The notes under the pieces: generated by a model
Told to the model about the DNA's origin: nothing
Databases searched by the model: none
The model's input: only the letters and a program-made list of their open reading frames with translations
Assembly: GCA_963757865.1 (NCBI GenBank)
Contig: CAVWSU010000018.1
Location: 43,644-107,643, forward strand
DNA from: an uncultured Chloroflexia bacterium
Lineage (GTDB): Bacteria > Chloroflexota > Limnocylindria > Limnocylindrales > CSP1-4
Length of the DNA: 64,000 nucleotides
Reading direction: 5' to 3'
Position numbers and translations under genes: made by a program
Shown here: positions 21,201-30,420 of the stretch, one piece after another
Numbering within the stretch: position 1 is the first letter of the stretch
Layout: each line of letters begins with the position of its first letter

Positions 21201-22313
21201 TCAGGCCGGGATCCGAAGCAGGTGGTCGGTCGGGGTGACGTCGGACAGCAGTTCGCAGCCCGATTCGGTCACGAGGACCATGTCCTTGTTCTGCATCCCC
21301 TGCCCCGGCGCGTAGACGAGCGGCTCGATGCCGAGCACCATGCCCGCTTCGAGCCTCGCGTCGCCGAAGCGCCCCAGGTACGGGGCCTCGTGCAGGAATA
21401 CGCCGATCCCATGGCCGACGAAGTCGATGGCAGGCAGCCCCTCGGCCTCGAAGACTCGCGCGAAATCCCGATAGATGGCCGCCGCGCTGGCGCCCGGGCG
21501 GATCTGCCCAAGGACCAGGTCCCGGCACTGCGTGATGACGCCCCAGACGCGCTCCTGCTCGGCCGTGGACGAACCCACGATCGCCGTTCGGCACACTCCC
21601 GCGTGGTAGCCGGCGACGACGCCGAAGACCTCCAGGCGCACGAGGTCACCGGCCCGCAGCCGGCGCGAACTCGGCCCGACGTTCGGATACCCGCTGCGCT
21701 CCCCGGACGCGACGATCAGCAGTTTGAACGTCTCGGCCCCGCGCTCGAAGAGCCCGTCGGTGACGCGGCCGGCGAGGGCGAGCTCGGTCATGCCCGCCGA
21801 GACCGAGCCGAGTGCCTCACCGATCGACGCGTCAGTCAGGCGGCTGAGTTCGCGCAACCGCGTGATCTCGGCGGGCGTCTTGATCACGCGGGCTGCAGCG
21901 ATCACATCGTCGCACGGCTCGAGAGTGACGTCGGGTACGACCTCCCGAAGTCGGTCAGCGTCGGTCGCGGGCAGGTATCCGAGCTCGATGCCGACCGTCG
22001 TGCCGCCCGTGTCGAGCTGGTGCAGCACGGATGCCAATGTGACCATTGCGTCGCCCGTGAACTCGCCGTAGACGTGGACGCGTATGTCCGGCAGGTGATC
22101 CGCGACGGTCCTGGCTTCCATGTCGACCACCATCACCTGGGGCGGCCCCTGGACGGGCACAACGAACGCGGCATGGCGCCACCGCATGAGCGGCTGGGAG
22201 GGAACAACGAACCCCGCGCCGTACGCGACGTTCTCGGGTGAGAGCAGTACGATCGCCGACCATCCCCGCCGGACTGCCGACCCCTTGAGCCGGGCGATGA
22301 CCGCCTCGTCCAC
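21201..22313 (-). CDS. M24-family peptidase (Xaa-Pro dipeptidase/aminopeptidase or creatinase-like)
   Basis: Pita-bread C-terminal domain 'VGHGIGVFLHEAP..GMVLGIEP'. GTG 22313 follows GGAGGG. Confidence 0.75.
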   Translation of the reverse strand: MDEAVIARLKGSAVRRGWSAIVLLSPENVAYGAGFVVPSQPLMRWRHAAFVVPVQGPPQVMVVDMEARTVADHLPDIRVHVYGEFTGDAMVTLASVLHQLDTGGTTVGIELGYLPATDADRLREVVPDVTLEPCDDVIAAARVIKTPAEITRLRELSRLTDASIGEALGSVSAGMTELALAGRVTDGLFERGAETFKLLIVASGERSGYPNVGPSSRRLRAGDLVRLEVFGVVAGYHAGVCRTAIVGSSTAEQERVWGVITQCRDLVLGQIRPGASAAAIYRDFARVFEAEGLPAIDFVGHGIGVFLHEAPYLGRFGDARLEAGMVLGIEPLVYAPGQGMQNKDMVLVTESGCELLSDVTPTDHLLRIPA

Positions 22314-22357
22314 TCCGATCCCTCCGCGACTGTGGCAGGCGCCAGATTGTAGCTTCT

Positions 22358-22372
22358 TGGATATTGGATGCA
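22358..22372 (+). promoter_or_regulatory. Operator-like site TGGATATTGGATGCA (13/15 match to the 23273 palindrome) in the divergent M24/GntR intergenic region
   Basis: AT-rich motif shared with the sites at 23273 and 35464. Confidence 0.4.
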
Positions 22373-22481
22373 AGATGCTGGTTGCGGATGGGATGGGAGG
22401 CGCTCAGACTGGCGCCGCGTTGACGTCGGCGGCCGCGGGTCGGACCACCGCGGGTCGAGGGCACGCGCCGGGGAGGAACGG

Positions 22482-23225
22482 TTGGGAGCGAGCAGGCCAC
22501 CTGCAGATTCCAGAGACGGACGGCGAGGGCTCAGCGAGTTCGTCGCCGCGCTGGCGCCGCAGTACCGGACGGTCGGCGACCTCGCCTACTCGGTCCTCCG
22601 ACAGGCGATCCTCGTTGGAGAGCTCGCGCCAGGCGAGAAGCTTCGCCAGGAGGAGCTCGCCGCGGCCATCGGGATCTCGCGGGAACCCGTGCGGTCGGCG
22701 ATCGTCCAGCTCGCCGCGGACGGTCTCGTGGTGGTCAATCCTCACCGCGGCGCCACGGTCAACGTGCTTTCGCGCGAGCGCATCCGCGAGATCTACACGC
22801 TGCGGGTCCTGCTGGAGACCCACGCGGTCCGCCTGGGGATCGCGAGCATGGACGAGGCACGTCTGGCCACTCTCGAGCGACTCGGCGAGGACCTGGACAG
22901 GGCCGAGCGGTCCCCATCCTCCGTACGGCTGCGGACCGCGTTCTACGACGCCCTCTACGATGCCGGCCGCAACCCAGTGCTCGTCGAGATGATCGACCGG
23001 CTTCGAGGCGACGTCGGCCGATATTGGTCGGTCCGACGCGAGGCGTCAGAGCACGAGCACGGCCACCGCCCACTGCTCGAGTACGCCCGCCAGAACGATG
23101 CCGACGGCGCCGCCGCCTGGCTGGCGCAGCATTTCCACGAGGTCGCCGAGGAGCTCGTCGCCGTGCTCGACCAGGAGGCCGCAGCCAGGCTATCCGAGAC
23201 GCACCCGATGCCGGAGGCCCTTTGA
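22482..23225 (+). CDS. GntR-family regulator (FadR/FCD subfamily)
   Basis: wHTH 'LRQEELAAAIGISREPVRSAI' plus FCD domain. TTG 22482 follows GGGGAGGAA. The track's 22368 start gives an implausible N-terminus. Confidence 0.75.
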   Translation: MGASRPPADSRDGRRGLSEFVAALAPQYRTVGDLAYSVLRQAILVGELAPGEKLRQEELAAAIGISREPVRSAIVQLAADGLVVVNPHRGATVNVLSRERIREIYTLRVLLETHAVRLGIASMDEARLATLERLGEDLDRAERSPSSVRLRTAFYDALYDAGRNPVLVEMIDRLRGDVGRYWSVRREASEHEHGHRPLLEYARQNDADGAAAWLAQHFHEVAEELVAVLDQEAAARLSETHPMPEAL

Positions 23226-23272
23226 GGGAGAGCTTCTGAGCCGGTCCGTGCGGTTGACGGTCCCGCCCGGCG

Positions 23273-23287
23273 TGGATATTGTATCCA
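23273..23287 (+). promoter_or_regulatory. Perfect palindrome TGGATA-TTG-TATCCA, candidate GntR operator upstream of the 23328 operon
   Basis: 6-bp inverted arms. It lies 41 bp upstream of the operon ATG and 48 bp after the GntR stop. Confidence 0.5.
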
Positions 23288-23327
23288 AACCCTCGCGGAG
23301 CAAGAGACCCCCAGCCAGGAGTACGGG

Positions 23328-23990
23328 ATGGCGTCGGCTCGACTCGTGAGCCCTTCACCTGAGCCAGCGCGAGATGCCACGCGGATGAGCCGCCTGGAGT
23401 GCATGGCCGCACTTGCGCCTCTGATCACGGACGAGCTGGTCGTCACGAACGTCGCCCGAACGGCGTTCGAATGGCACGCCGTGCTTCCCCGCGAAGGCAA
23501 CCTCTACACGATGGGCATGGGGCTCGTGACACCGGTCGCCCTCGGGCTCGCGCTCGCCCTCCCCGACCGCCGCGTTCTCGCGCTCGACGGCGATGGTGGA
23601 CTGCTCCTCAACCTCGGCGTCCTCGCGACGGTCGCCAATCACCCGGCGGCGAACCTCGTTTCGATCGTCTTCGACAACGAGTCCTACGCGTCGACGGGCG
23701 GCCTGCCGACGGCGACGGCCGGCCGGACCGATCTCGCCGCCATGGCGGTCGCGGCGGGCATTTCATCCGCTGTGACGGTGCGCACGGTAGACGAGTTTCA
23801 GGCGGCTGCTCGGATGGCCCTGGCGGGTCCGGGACCGGCAGTGGTCGTCGCGAAGGTGAGCGCTGAGACGCCGGCCGTCGGACCGAAGCTGATGGATGGG
23901 CGAGAGAACAAGTACCGGTTCGTGCGCCATATCGAGGCGACGGAAGGGCGGACCATCCTGCGGCCGTCCGTGGTGGGTCGGAAGGACTGA
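23328..23990 (+). CDS. TPP-dependent decarboxylase, TPP-binding (beta, ComE/phosphonopyruvate-decarboxylase-like) subunit
   Basis: 'LDGDGGLLLNLGVLATV..N' is the GDG-x25-N diphosphate-binding motif. Confidence 0.7.
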   Translation: MASARLVSPSPEPARDATRMSRLECMAALAPLITDELVVTNVARTAFEWHAVLPREGNLYTMGMGLVTPVALGLALALPDRRVLALDGDGGLLLNLGVLATVANHPAANLVSIVFDNESYASTGGLPTATAGRTDLAAMAVAAGISSAVTVRTVDEFQAAARMALAGPGPAVVVAKVSAETPAVGPKLMDGRENKYRFVRHIEATEGRTILRPSVVGRKD

Positions 23991-23996
23991 GGCCGG

Positions 23997-24500
23997 ATGC
24001 GTCCCGAAGATGCTCGACTCGTCGTCAGCGGGCTGAAGAAGGCCGGCTTCAACTTCGCCGTGACCCTGCCCGCGACACAGGTTCACACGCTGCAGGCGGC
24101 CCTGGCCGACGATCCGGACTTCGTCACCGTGGCGGTCGCGAACGAAGGCGAGGGGGCGGCCATCTGTGCTGGGTCCTGGATGGGCGGCCGCATGCCGCTC
24201 ATGGTCATCGAGACGTCGGGAATCCTGGTTGCGACGTACGCCCTCCTGCGTTGCCACGCCACCTTCGGCATCCCCACCTTGCTGCTGTCCACGTATCGGG
24301 GGGAGCTGGGCGAGCAGGAGTGGTACGCGGTCCACACGGGCGCCGCCCTGCCGGGTGTCCTGCAGGCAATGCGCATCCCATCCCGCGTGGTGCAGGACAT
24401 CGACGAGGTCGGGGCCAGTCTCCTCGAGGCGCGGCGGTCGATGGACGCCTCTCTGCATCCGGTGTCCGTCGTCCTGAGCGGACGGCTCACAAGAGGCTAG
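23997..24500 (+). CDS. TPP-dependent decarboxylase, pyrimidine-binding (alpha, ComD-like) subunit
   Basis: TPP-enzyme N-terminal domain 'AVANEGEGAAICAGSWMGG..ETSG'. Confidence 0.65.
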   Translation: MRPEDARLVVSGLKKAGFNFAVTLPATQVHTLQAALADDPDFVTVAVANEGEGAAICAGSWMGGRMPLMVIETSGILVATYALLRCHATFGIPTLLLSTYRGELGEQEWYAVHTGAALPGVLQAMRIPSRVVQDIDEVGASLLEARRSMDASLHPVSVVLSGRLTRG

Positions 24501-24567
24501 GGATGGCGGCTCCTGCAAGCTGGCATTGCATGGCCCGGACGTGGTCGGCGCCATCACGGAGGCATCG

Positions 24568-25581
24568 ATGATCCAAGCGCCCATCCTCATCAGCGCGGCG
24601 GAGTGCGAGCGGCTGCTGGCGCCGGCCGACGTCGTCGCGGAGGTCGAGCGGGCGCTGCGCTGGGATGTCGCTGGTGCGATCCAGTGGCCGGCCCCGAAGA
24701 GCCTCAACATCGCGCCGGATCGCTGGGGCAACGACTACCACGTCAAGGCGTGCATCCTCGAGGAGATTCCCGTCGCGGGGATCCGGTTCGTTTCCCACCC
24801 ACCGGACGAAGCCTCGCCCGTCTGCACCCGCCTCATCCTGTTGATCGATCCCGCGACCACGCTTCCGCTGGCACTCGTGGACGAGAGCTGGAACTACGTG
24901 CAGCGGACGGTGGCGTCGATCGCACTGGCGGCACGGCTCCTCGCGGCGCCGGGTGCCTCCACCCTCGCGATCGTGGGTGCGGGACGGCTGGCGCGTATGG
25001 CCGCCCGCTACTACGCGAGCCAGTTCCGCCTGAGGGAGGTCCGGGTAAACGCGAGGCGCGACGAACAGCGGGCCGCGTTGGCGGCCGACATTGCGTCGAC
25101 CCTCGGCGTTCCGGCCCGGGCCTGCGCGTCGGCGGAGGAAGCCGTCGAGGGCGCGGACCTGGTGGTGACGGCGACAAGCGCAACGAGCGCGGTCATCGAG
25201 GACTCCTGGATCGGGCCGGGCACGGTCACCGCGTGCGTGGGAACGGGCGAGCCCGGAGCGGAGCTTGCGGAACGCAGCGATCTCTTCGTCGTCGACAGTC
25301 GCGAGCAGCTGCACCGCGAACTCGTCGAGCTGTACGGTGACGCCGCACCAGGCTGGGTCGACGCAACCGTCGGTGATATCGTCGCGGGCCGGCACCCCGG
25401 CCGCACCGATCGCGCGCAGCGGGTGCTCCTCGTGACGGAAGGCATGGCGAGCCAGGACATCGCGCTCGCCCACCTCGCATATCGGCGGGCGATCGAGCGC
25501 GGGGCGGGAACCCCACTGGCGCTCGGAGGACTGCGCCCGTCGGCTGAGCCGGCGATGGGTACTCGGGCGGAGGTGTCCTGA
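24568..25581 (+). CDS. Ornithine cyclodeaminase / mu-crystallin family enzyme (possibly a pyrroline-2-carboxylate reductase)
   Basis: Rossmann 'LAIVGAGRLARM'. OCD-family length and motifs. ATG 24568 follows GGAGG. Confidence 0.75.
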   Translation: MIQAPILISAAECERLLAPADVVAEVERALRWDVAGAIQWPAPKSLNIAPDRWGNDYHVKACILEEIPVAGIRFVSHPPDEASPVCTRLILLIDPATTLPLALVDESWNYVQRTVASIALAARLLAAPGASTLAIVGAGRLARMAARYYASQFRLREVRVNARRDEQRAALAADIASTLGVPARACASAEEAVEGADLVVTATSATSAVIEDSWIGPGTVTACVGTGEPGAELAERSDLFVVDSREQLHRELVELYGDAAPGWVDATVGDIVAGRHPGRTDRAQRVLLVTEGMASQDIALAHLAYRRAIERGAGTPLALGGLRPSAEPAMGTRAEVS

Positions 25582-25582
25582 G

Positions 25583-25795
25583 ATGGCGGTCGTGACCGTG
25601 GAAGCCTGGGCGGGGCGGACCATCGAGCAGAAACGCGCCCTGGTGAAGGCCATCACGAGAGCTATGGTCGACCATTTCGGTTCGAACCCTGACCATCTGC
25701 ACGTGATCATCCATGAGGTTCCGAAGGACGCGTGGGGCCGCGGAGGCCTGCTGTCCAGCGACACGGAAGAAGGCAGCCGGGAAGCCGGGCGATGA
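25583..25795 (+). CDS. Tautomerase-superfamily protein (4-OT-like), Ala instead of Pro after the initiator Met
   Basis: 70 aa, 'MAVVTVEAWAGRTIEQKRALVKAIT..HLHVIIHEV' beta-alpha-beta tautomerase fold pattern. Confidence 0.7.
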   Translation: MAVVTVEAWAGRTIEQKRALVKAITRAMVDHFGSNPDHLHVIIHEVPKDAWGRGGLLSSDTEEGSREAGR

Positions 25796-26211
25796 CGGAC
25801 GTGCGCGACGGGCTTCCCATCGCGGCCGCCAGCGGCATCTGGCGCGTCTCGCACATCCTTCTGGAGGTGGACGATCTCGAGCGGTCGGTGGCGTTCTACG
25901 AGGGGCTCCTCGGACTTGCCGTGCGCGAGCGCGCGGTCCTCGGTGACGGCCGACACTACGTGTCCATGGAGCAGGGGCTGGGTCTCACGACGCGATCGGG
26001 AGCCAGCGACGGGTCCTCCTTCGACCACCTGGCATTCCGCTGCCCGGGAGGGATCGACGCGGTGCGCCAGCTGCTGGAATCCGCGGCGATCCCGTTCGAG
26101 CCGATTCGCCGCACCCCCTACGGGCTGTCGATCTACTTCCGCGACCCGGACGGCTACCGCATCGAGTGCCATGACTCGACGGGCTTCGGTGGCGATCCCC
26201 AGGTCGCTTGA
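25792..26211 (+). CDS. VOC-family (glyoxalase / extradiol dioxygenase-like) protein
   Basis: 'VSHILLEVDDLERSVAFYEGLLGL..FDHLAF..YFRDPDGYRIE'. Start overlaps the upstream stop (ATGA). Confidence 0.7.
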   Translation: MTDVRDGLPIAAASGIWRVSHILLEVDDLERSVAFYEGLLGLAVRERAVLGDGRHYVSMEQGLGLTTRSGASDGSSFDHLAFRCPGGIDAVRQLLESAAIPFEPIRRTPYGLSIYFRDPDGYRIECHDSTGFGGDPQVA

Positions 26212-26214
26212 CCC

Positions 26215-27135
26215 TTGGCCCCCACGTTCCGACTGCACCGCCCCACCACGTTGGACCAGGCCATCGAGCTCCTGGTGTCGCTGGGAGATGGAGCGCGGCC
26301 CTACGCCGGCGGTAGCGAACTGCTGCTGGTTCTGCGTGAGGGGCTGCTCGACGCGGACAACCTCGTCGACCTGAAGCGTATTGCCGGACTCGCGGACATC
26401 CAGATGCTGGCGGACGAACAGCAGCTCGAGATCGGAGCTCTCGCCACGCACACGCAGGTTGCGGAATCGCCGCTGGTGCGCGGACGGCTGGCCGCGCTGG
26501 CCGGTACGGAGGCGGTCCTCGCAAACCGGCGGGTGCGGAACACGGGCACGATCGGCGGAAGCCTCTGCTTCGCGGAACCGCACGGCGACACGGCCGCACT
26601 CCTGCTCGCCGTGGACGCACATGTCGTCCTGCGTGGCGCGGACGGCCTCCGGCAGGTGCCGCTCGACGCGTGGCTGCTGGGGCCATTCGACGTGGACCTC
26701 CACGCCGGCGAGATCCTGCTCGCCGTGCGCATTCCCATGCCGGTCGGGCCGAGCGCCCTTGCGTACCACCGCGCCCGCACCCTGGAGCGGCCGACGGCCA
26801 GTGCGGCCGTGGGGCTGCACGTCGGGCCGGATGGTGACCTTGCGCGCGACGTTCGCGTCGTCGTCGGGTGCGTGGGACCGAGGCCCACGCGGGTTCCGGA
26901 GGCCGAGGCTCTCCTGGCCGAATACCCGGCCGGTCAGTCCGCCGAGCACGTTACGGCCGTTGCTGCCGAGTGCGGCACGATCGCGGCACGCCAGGCCGAC
27001 GTCGTCGCCGACCTATACGGCCCCGAAGCGTACAAACGCCGGCTGGTGTCCGTGCTCGTGCGGCGAGCCGTGGTCGACGCGTTCGGTGTGTTCGCCGTGC
27101 CGGGCGCCGAAGATGGACGGGCGGCAGCCTCGTGA
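26215..27135 (+). CDS. Mo-hydroxylase FAD-binding subunit (CoxM/XdhB-like)
   Basis: 'AGGSELL' and 'GTIGGSLCFAEPHGD' motifs. Confidence 0.85.
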   Translation: MAPTFRLHRPTTLDQAIELLVSLGDGARPYAGGSELLLVLREGLLDADNLVDLKRIAGLADIQMLADEQQLEIGALATHTQVAESPLVRGRLAALAGTEAVLANRRVRNTGTIGGSLCFAEPHGDTAALLLAVDAHVVLRGADGLRQVPLDAWLLGPFDVDLHAGEILLAVRIPMPVGPSALAYHRARTLERPTASAAVGLHVGPDGDLARDVRVVVGCVGPRPTRVPEAEALLAEYPAGQSAEHVTAVAAECGTIAARQADVVADLYGPEAYKRRLVSVLVRRAVVDAFGVFAVPGAEDGRAAAS

Positions 27136-27602
27136 GAATCCAGCACGACTTCGAGGTCGGGCGCGGCGCAGAGGCGGTGTGGACCCGCCTGTGGGATGTG
27201 GAGCTCGTGGCGTCATGCATCCGCGGCTGCTCCGAGGTGCAGACCCTCGAGCCGCTGCGCGCCTATTCGGCGACCGTGACACAGACCATCGGACCGTTCC
27301 ATGTCGCCTTCCCGCTCGCCATCGACATCCGCGAGGCCCAGCCGCCGGCACGGTTGACCGTGTCGGCGAGCGGTCGCGACAACCGGATCGCCAGTCGGGT
27401 GCAGGGCACCTTGACCACGACGCTCACCGAGGTCGCCCGGGGCCGTACCCGGGTTGCGATCGACATGGAGCTGTCGGTGCAGGGTCGGCTGGCCACCCTG
27501 GGCCACGGGATCATCGAGCGGAAGGGCCGTGACGAGCTCACCCACTTCGCGGACGAGCTCCGCCGTGTACTCTCGGAGCCGGCAGAGGCCGCCGATGCCT
27601 GA
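27132..27602 (+). CDS. CoxG-like SRPBCC protein
   Basis: GTG overlaps the coxM stop. 'AVWTRLWDVELVASCIRGCSEV' matches the CoxG family. Confidence 0.7.
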   Translation: MRIQHDFEVGRGAEAVWTRLWDVELVASCIRGCSEVQTLEPLRAYSATVTQTIGPFHVAFPLAIDIREAQPPARLTVSASGRDNRIASRVQGTLTTTLTEVARGRTRVAIDMELSVQGRLATLGHGIIERKGRDELTHFADELRRVLSEPAEAADA

Positions 27603-28095
27603 AGAACTGCGGTCGCTGGCCATTTCCACGACGGTGAACGGCGTGCGCCGCGAGCTCGAAGTCGAGGCCGGCGAGACGCTCGCCCAGCTCCTTCGGGAGC
27701 GCCTGTCGCTGACCGGGGTCAAGGTCTCGTGCGGCGTGCAGATCTGCGGGGCGTGCACGGTGCTCCTCGATGGTCTCAGCGTGAGCGCATGCACCGTCCT
27801 GGCCGCCGAGGCCGACGGTCGCGAGATCCGGACGGTCGAAGGCCTGGCGCAGGGCGGCGTGCTCGCGCCCCTCCAGCAGGCGTTCATCGAGTGCGGCGCC
27901 TTCCAGTGCGGCTACTGCACGCCGGGCTTGCTCATGGCGTGCACGGAGCTGCTGGAACGGCATCCGGACCCGGACGAGGACACGATCCGGGGCTGGCTCG
28001 AAGGGAACATCTGCCGCTGTACCGGGTACCGCTCCATCGTCGAGGCGGTGCGCAGGGCCGCCGCGTGGCAGGCCCACGGTGCCCGTCATGAGTGA
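27595..28095 (+). CDS. Mo-hydroxylase (2Fe-2S) small subunit (CoxS/XdhC-like)
   Basis: 'CGVQICGACTV' and 'CGYCTPG..CRCTGY' cluster motifs. Confidence 0.9.
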   Translation: MPEELRSLAISTTVNGVRRELEVEAGETLAQLLRERLSLTGVKVSCGVQICGACTVLLDGLSVSACTVLAAEADGREIRTVEGLAQGGVLAPLQQAFIECGAFQCGYCTPGLLMACTELLERHPDPDEDTIRGWLEGNICRCTGYRSIVEAVRRAAAWQAHGARHE

Positions 28096-30391
28096 CACGT
28101 ATCGCGTGATCGGGCAGCCGCTCCCGCGCGTCGACGGTCCGGCAAAGGTGACGGGCCTGGCGACTTTCGTGGGCGATCAGCGGATCCCGGGCATGCAGCA
28201 CGGTGCGGTGGTTCGTAGCCAGGCGCCCCACGCCCGCATCGTGTCGATCGCCACGTCGGCCGCCCGATCGCTTCCCGGTGTCACGGCCGTGCTGACCGGC
28301 GCGGACGCCGCCCGCATCCTGACACGCAACCGGTTCGGGCCGGTGGTGCGTGACATGCCCGTGCTCGCGGAGGACGTCGTGCGCTACGAGGGCGAGCCGG
28401 TGGTGCTCGTGGTCGCTCGTTCGGCGGAGGCGGCCCGGCAGGCGGCGGGCGCCGTCGAGATCGAGTACGAGGACCTGCCCGTGATCGACGACGTCGAGGC
28501 CTCCATGGAGCCCTCGACGCGACCGCTCCACGGCGCGGCGGAGAGCGGCGAGTTCGGAGGCGCCTGGGCCCGCGGATCGGAGCCGCAGCGGAACATCGCC
28601 GGCCAGTACCACGATCGGCGCGGCGACACGGAGGCTGCGTTCGCCTCGGCCGATCGCGTGTTCGAGCACACCTACCGTCTGCCACCGGTCCACCACTACG
28701 CCCTCGAGAATCACGTTGCGATCGCAGAGCCGGAGGCTGGCGGCCTCACGATCCACGCCAGCAACCAGTACCCGTTCCTGATGGCGAAGCTCATCGCCGA
28801 CCTCCTGGGCCTCTCCGAGTCGAAGGTCCGGGTTCGGGTGCCGTTCGTCGGCGGATCGTTCGGGAGCAAGGAGTACGTCAACGTGCTCCCGCTGGCGGCG
28901 CTCGCCGCGACAGCCGTGGGGGCTCCCGTCCGCATCGAGCTCGCCATGGAGGAATCGTTCCGGACAACCGCGAGGCATGGCGCCCGGATGACCTTCCGCA
29001 CGGGCGTCGCGAACGACGGATCGATCGTCGGCCGCCAGGTGCTGTTGCTGTTCGACACCGGCGCCTACGCCGACCAGGGTCCGCGCGTGGTGCGGCAGGC
29101 CGGCTACCGGTCGCCAGGGCCCTATCGCATCCCCAATCTCCGGGTCGATGCCTACGCCCTGTACACGAACCGGGTACCGGCGGGCGCTTATCGCGGCTTT
29201 GGCGCCAGCCAGCCGATCTACGCTTGCGAACGCCACACCGACGAGATCGCCACGGCGCTGGGGATGGACGCCGTCGAGTTCCGCCTCCGCAACCTCCTCG
29301 GGCCCGGAGACGACTTCGTGCCGGGAGACCTGCCGCTCGATTGCGATCTCCCCGCCAGCCTTCGCCTCGCCGCCGATTCGATCCGCCGACCCGCGCGCCC
29401 GGAGCAGCGGCCGGGCCGGCTGAGAGGCGTCGGCGTCGCCGTCGGGATCAAGAACAGCGCGAGTGGCCGCCTGCCATCGAGCGCGATCGTCCGCCTGCAC
29501 GCCGACGGGTCCGCCACGGTCCTCGCCAGCAGCGTGGAGATCGGGCAGGGAACACTGACCATGCTCGCCCAGGTCGCGGCCGAAGCGCTCGGCCTGGGCA
29601 TCGACCGGGTCCGGGTCACGACGCCGGACACGGCGGTGACCCCGTTCGACCAGCGAACGTCCTCGAGCCGATCCACCGTTCACATGGGGACGGCCGTGTT
29701 GCGCGCCGCACAGGACGCTGCGAGGCAGGCCTGCGACGCGGCCGCCGCGGCATTCGGCGTTGCCGCCGGGTCGCTCTCGCTGCGGGACGGGGCGGTAGTC
29801 GGAGGGCCGGAGCCGTTGCCGCTGGACCGCGTGATCAATGGCCCCACGTCGCGGTTCGGTGGCGAGGTCATCGGCGTCGGCCACTTCGTCCCCGAGCACC
29901 CGGACGCGCCCACGGAGTTCGGCATGCGCGCCGGATACTGGGAGGCATCGGTCGGCGCGGCGGAGGTGTCGGTCGATCCCGACACCGGGGACGTCGAGGT
30001 CACGAAATTCGTCACGGTCGGCGACGCGGGCAGGGTGATCAACCCGCTCACCGCGCACGGACAGGAGGAAGGCGGGGCGGCGATGGCGCTCGGCCACGCG
30101 CTGTTCGAGGAGTGTCTCTACGAGGACGGTCGCCTGGTCAACCCGGGCCTCATCGACTACCGGGTTCCCACCACGCGCGACGTGCCGCTGGCGCTCGAGA
30201 GCCACCTCGTCGAGAGCGGCGGGGGTCCCGGTCCGTACGGCTCGAAGGGACTGGGCGAGAGCGCGATCATCACCGCCGCCCCCGCCGTGGCGAATGCCGT
30301 CGCTGCGGCAACCGGCGCGCAGATCCGGGAGCTGCCGCTGTACCCGTGGCGCGTGCTCGACGCGCTCGACGGCGTGACCGGAGAGCCCTGA
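28088..30391 (+). CDS. Mo-hydroxylase molybdopterin-binding large subunit (xanthine-dehydrogenase family)
   Basis: 770 aa. 'GAYRGFGASQP', 'GGSFGSK', 'EIGQGT'. Lacks the AYxCSFR signature of form-I CO dehydrogenase. Confidence 0.9.
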   Translation: MSDTYRVIGQPLPRVDGPAKVTGLATFVGDQRIPGMQHGAVVRSQAPHARIVSIATSAARSLPGVTAVLTGADAARILTRNRFGPVVRDMPVLAEDVVRYEGEPVVLVVARSAEAARQAAGAVEIEYEDLPVIDDVEASMEPSTRPLHGAAESGEFGGAWARGSEPQRNIAGQYHDRRGDTEAAFASADRVFEHTYRLPPVHHYALENHVAIAEPEAGGLTIHASNQYPFLMAKLIADLLGLSESKVRVRVPFVGGSFGSKEYVNVLPLAALAATAVGAPVRIELAMEESFRTTARHGARMTFRTGVANDGSIVGRQVLLLFDTGAYADQGPRVVRQAGYRSPGPYRIPNLRVDAYALYTNRVPAGAYRGFGASQPIYACERHTDEIATALGMDAVEFRLRNLLGPGDDFVPGDLPLDCDLPASLRLAADSIRRPARPEQRPGRLRGVGVAVGIKNSASGRLPSSAIVRLHADGSATVLASSVEIGQGTLTMLAQVAAEALGLGIDRVRVTTPDTAVTPFDQRTSSSRSTVHMGTAVLRAAQDAARQACDAAAAAFGVAAGSLSLRDGAVVGGPEPLPLDRVINGPTSRFGGEVIGVGHFVPEHPDAPTEFGMRAGYWEASVGAAEVSVDPDTGDVEVTKFVTVGDAGRVINPLTAHGQEEGGAAMALGHALFEECLYEDGRLVNPGLIDYRVPTTRDVPLALESHLVESGGGPGPYGSKGLGESAIITAAPAVANAVAAATGAQIRELPLYPWRVLDALDGVTGEP

Positions 30392-30404
30392 AGAACCTCG
30401 CCCC

Positions 30405-30420
30405 GATCCGGTGGCGGATC
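30405..30420 (+). terminator. Short hairpin GATCCG-GTGG-CGGATC between the convergent Mo-hydroxylase genes
   Basis: Sits in a 27-bp intergenic gap and overlaps the minus-gene stop. Confidence 0.25.
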
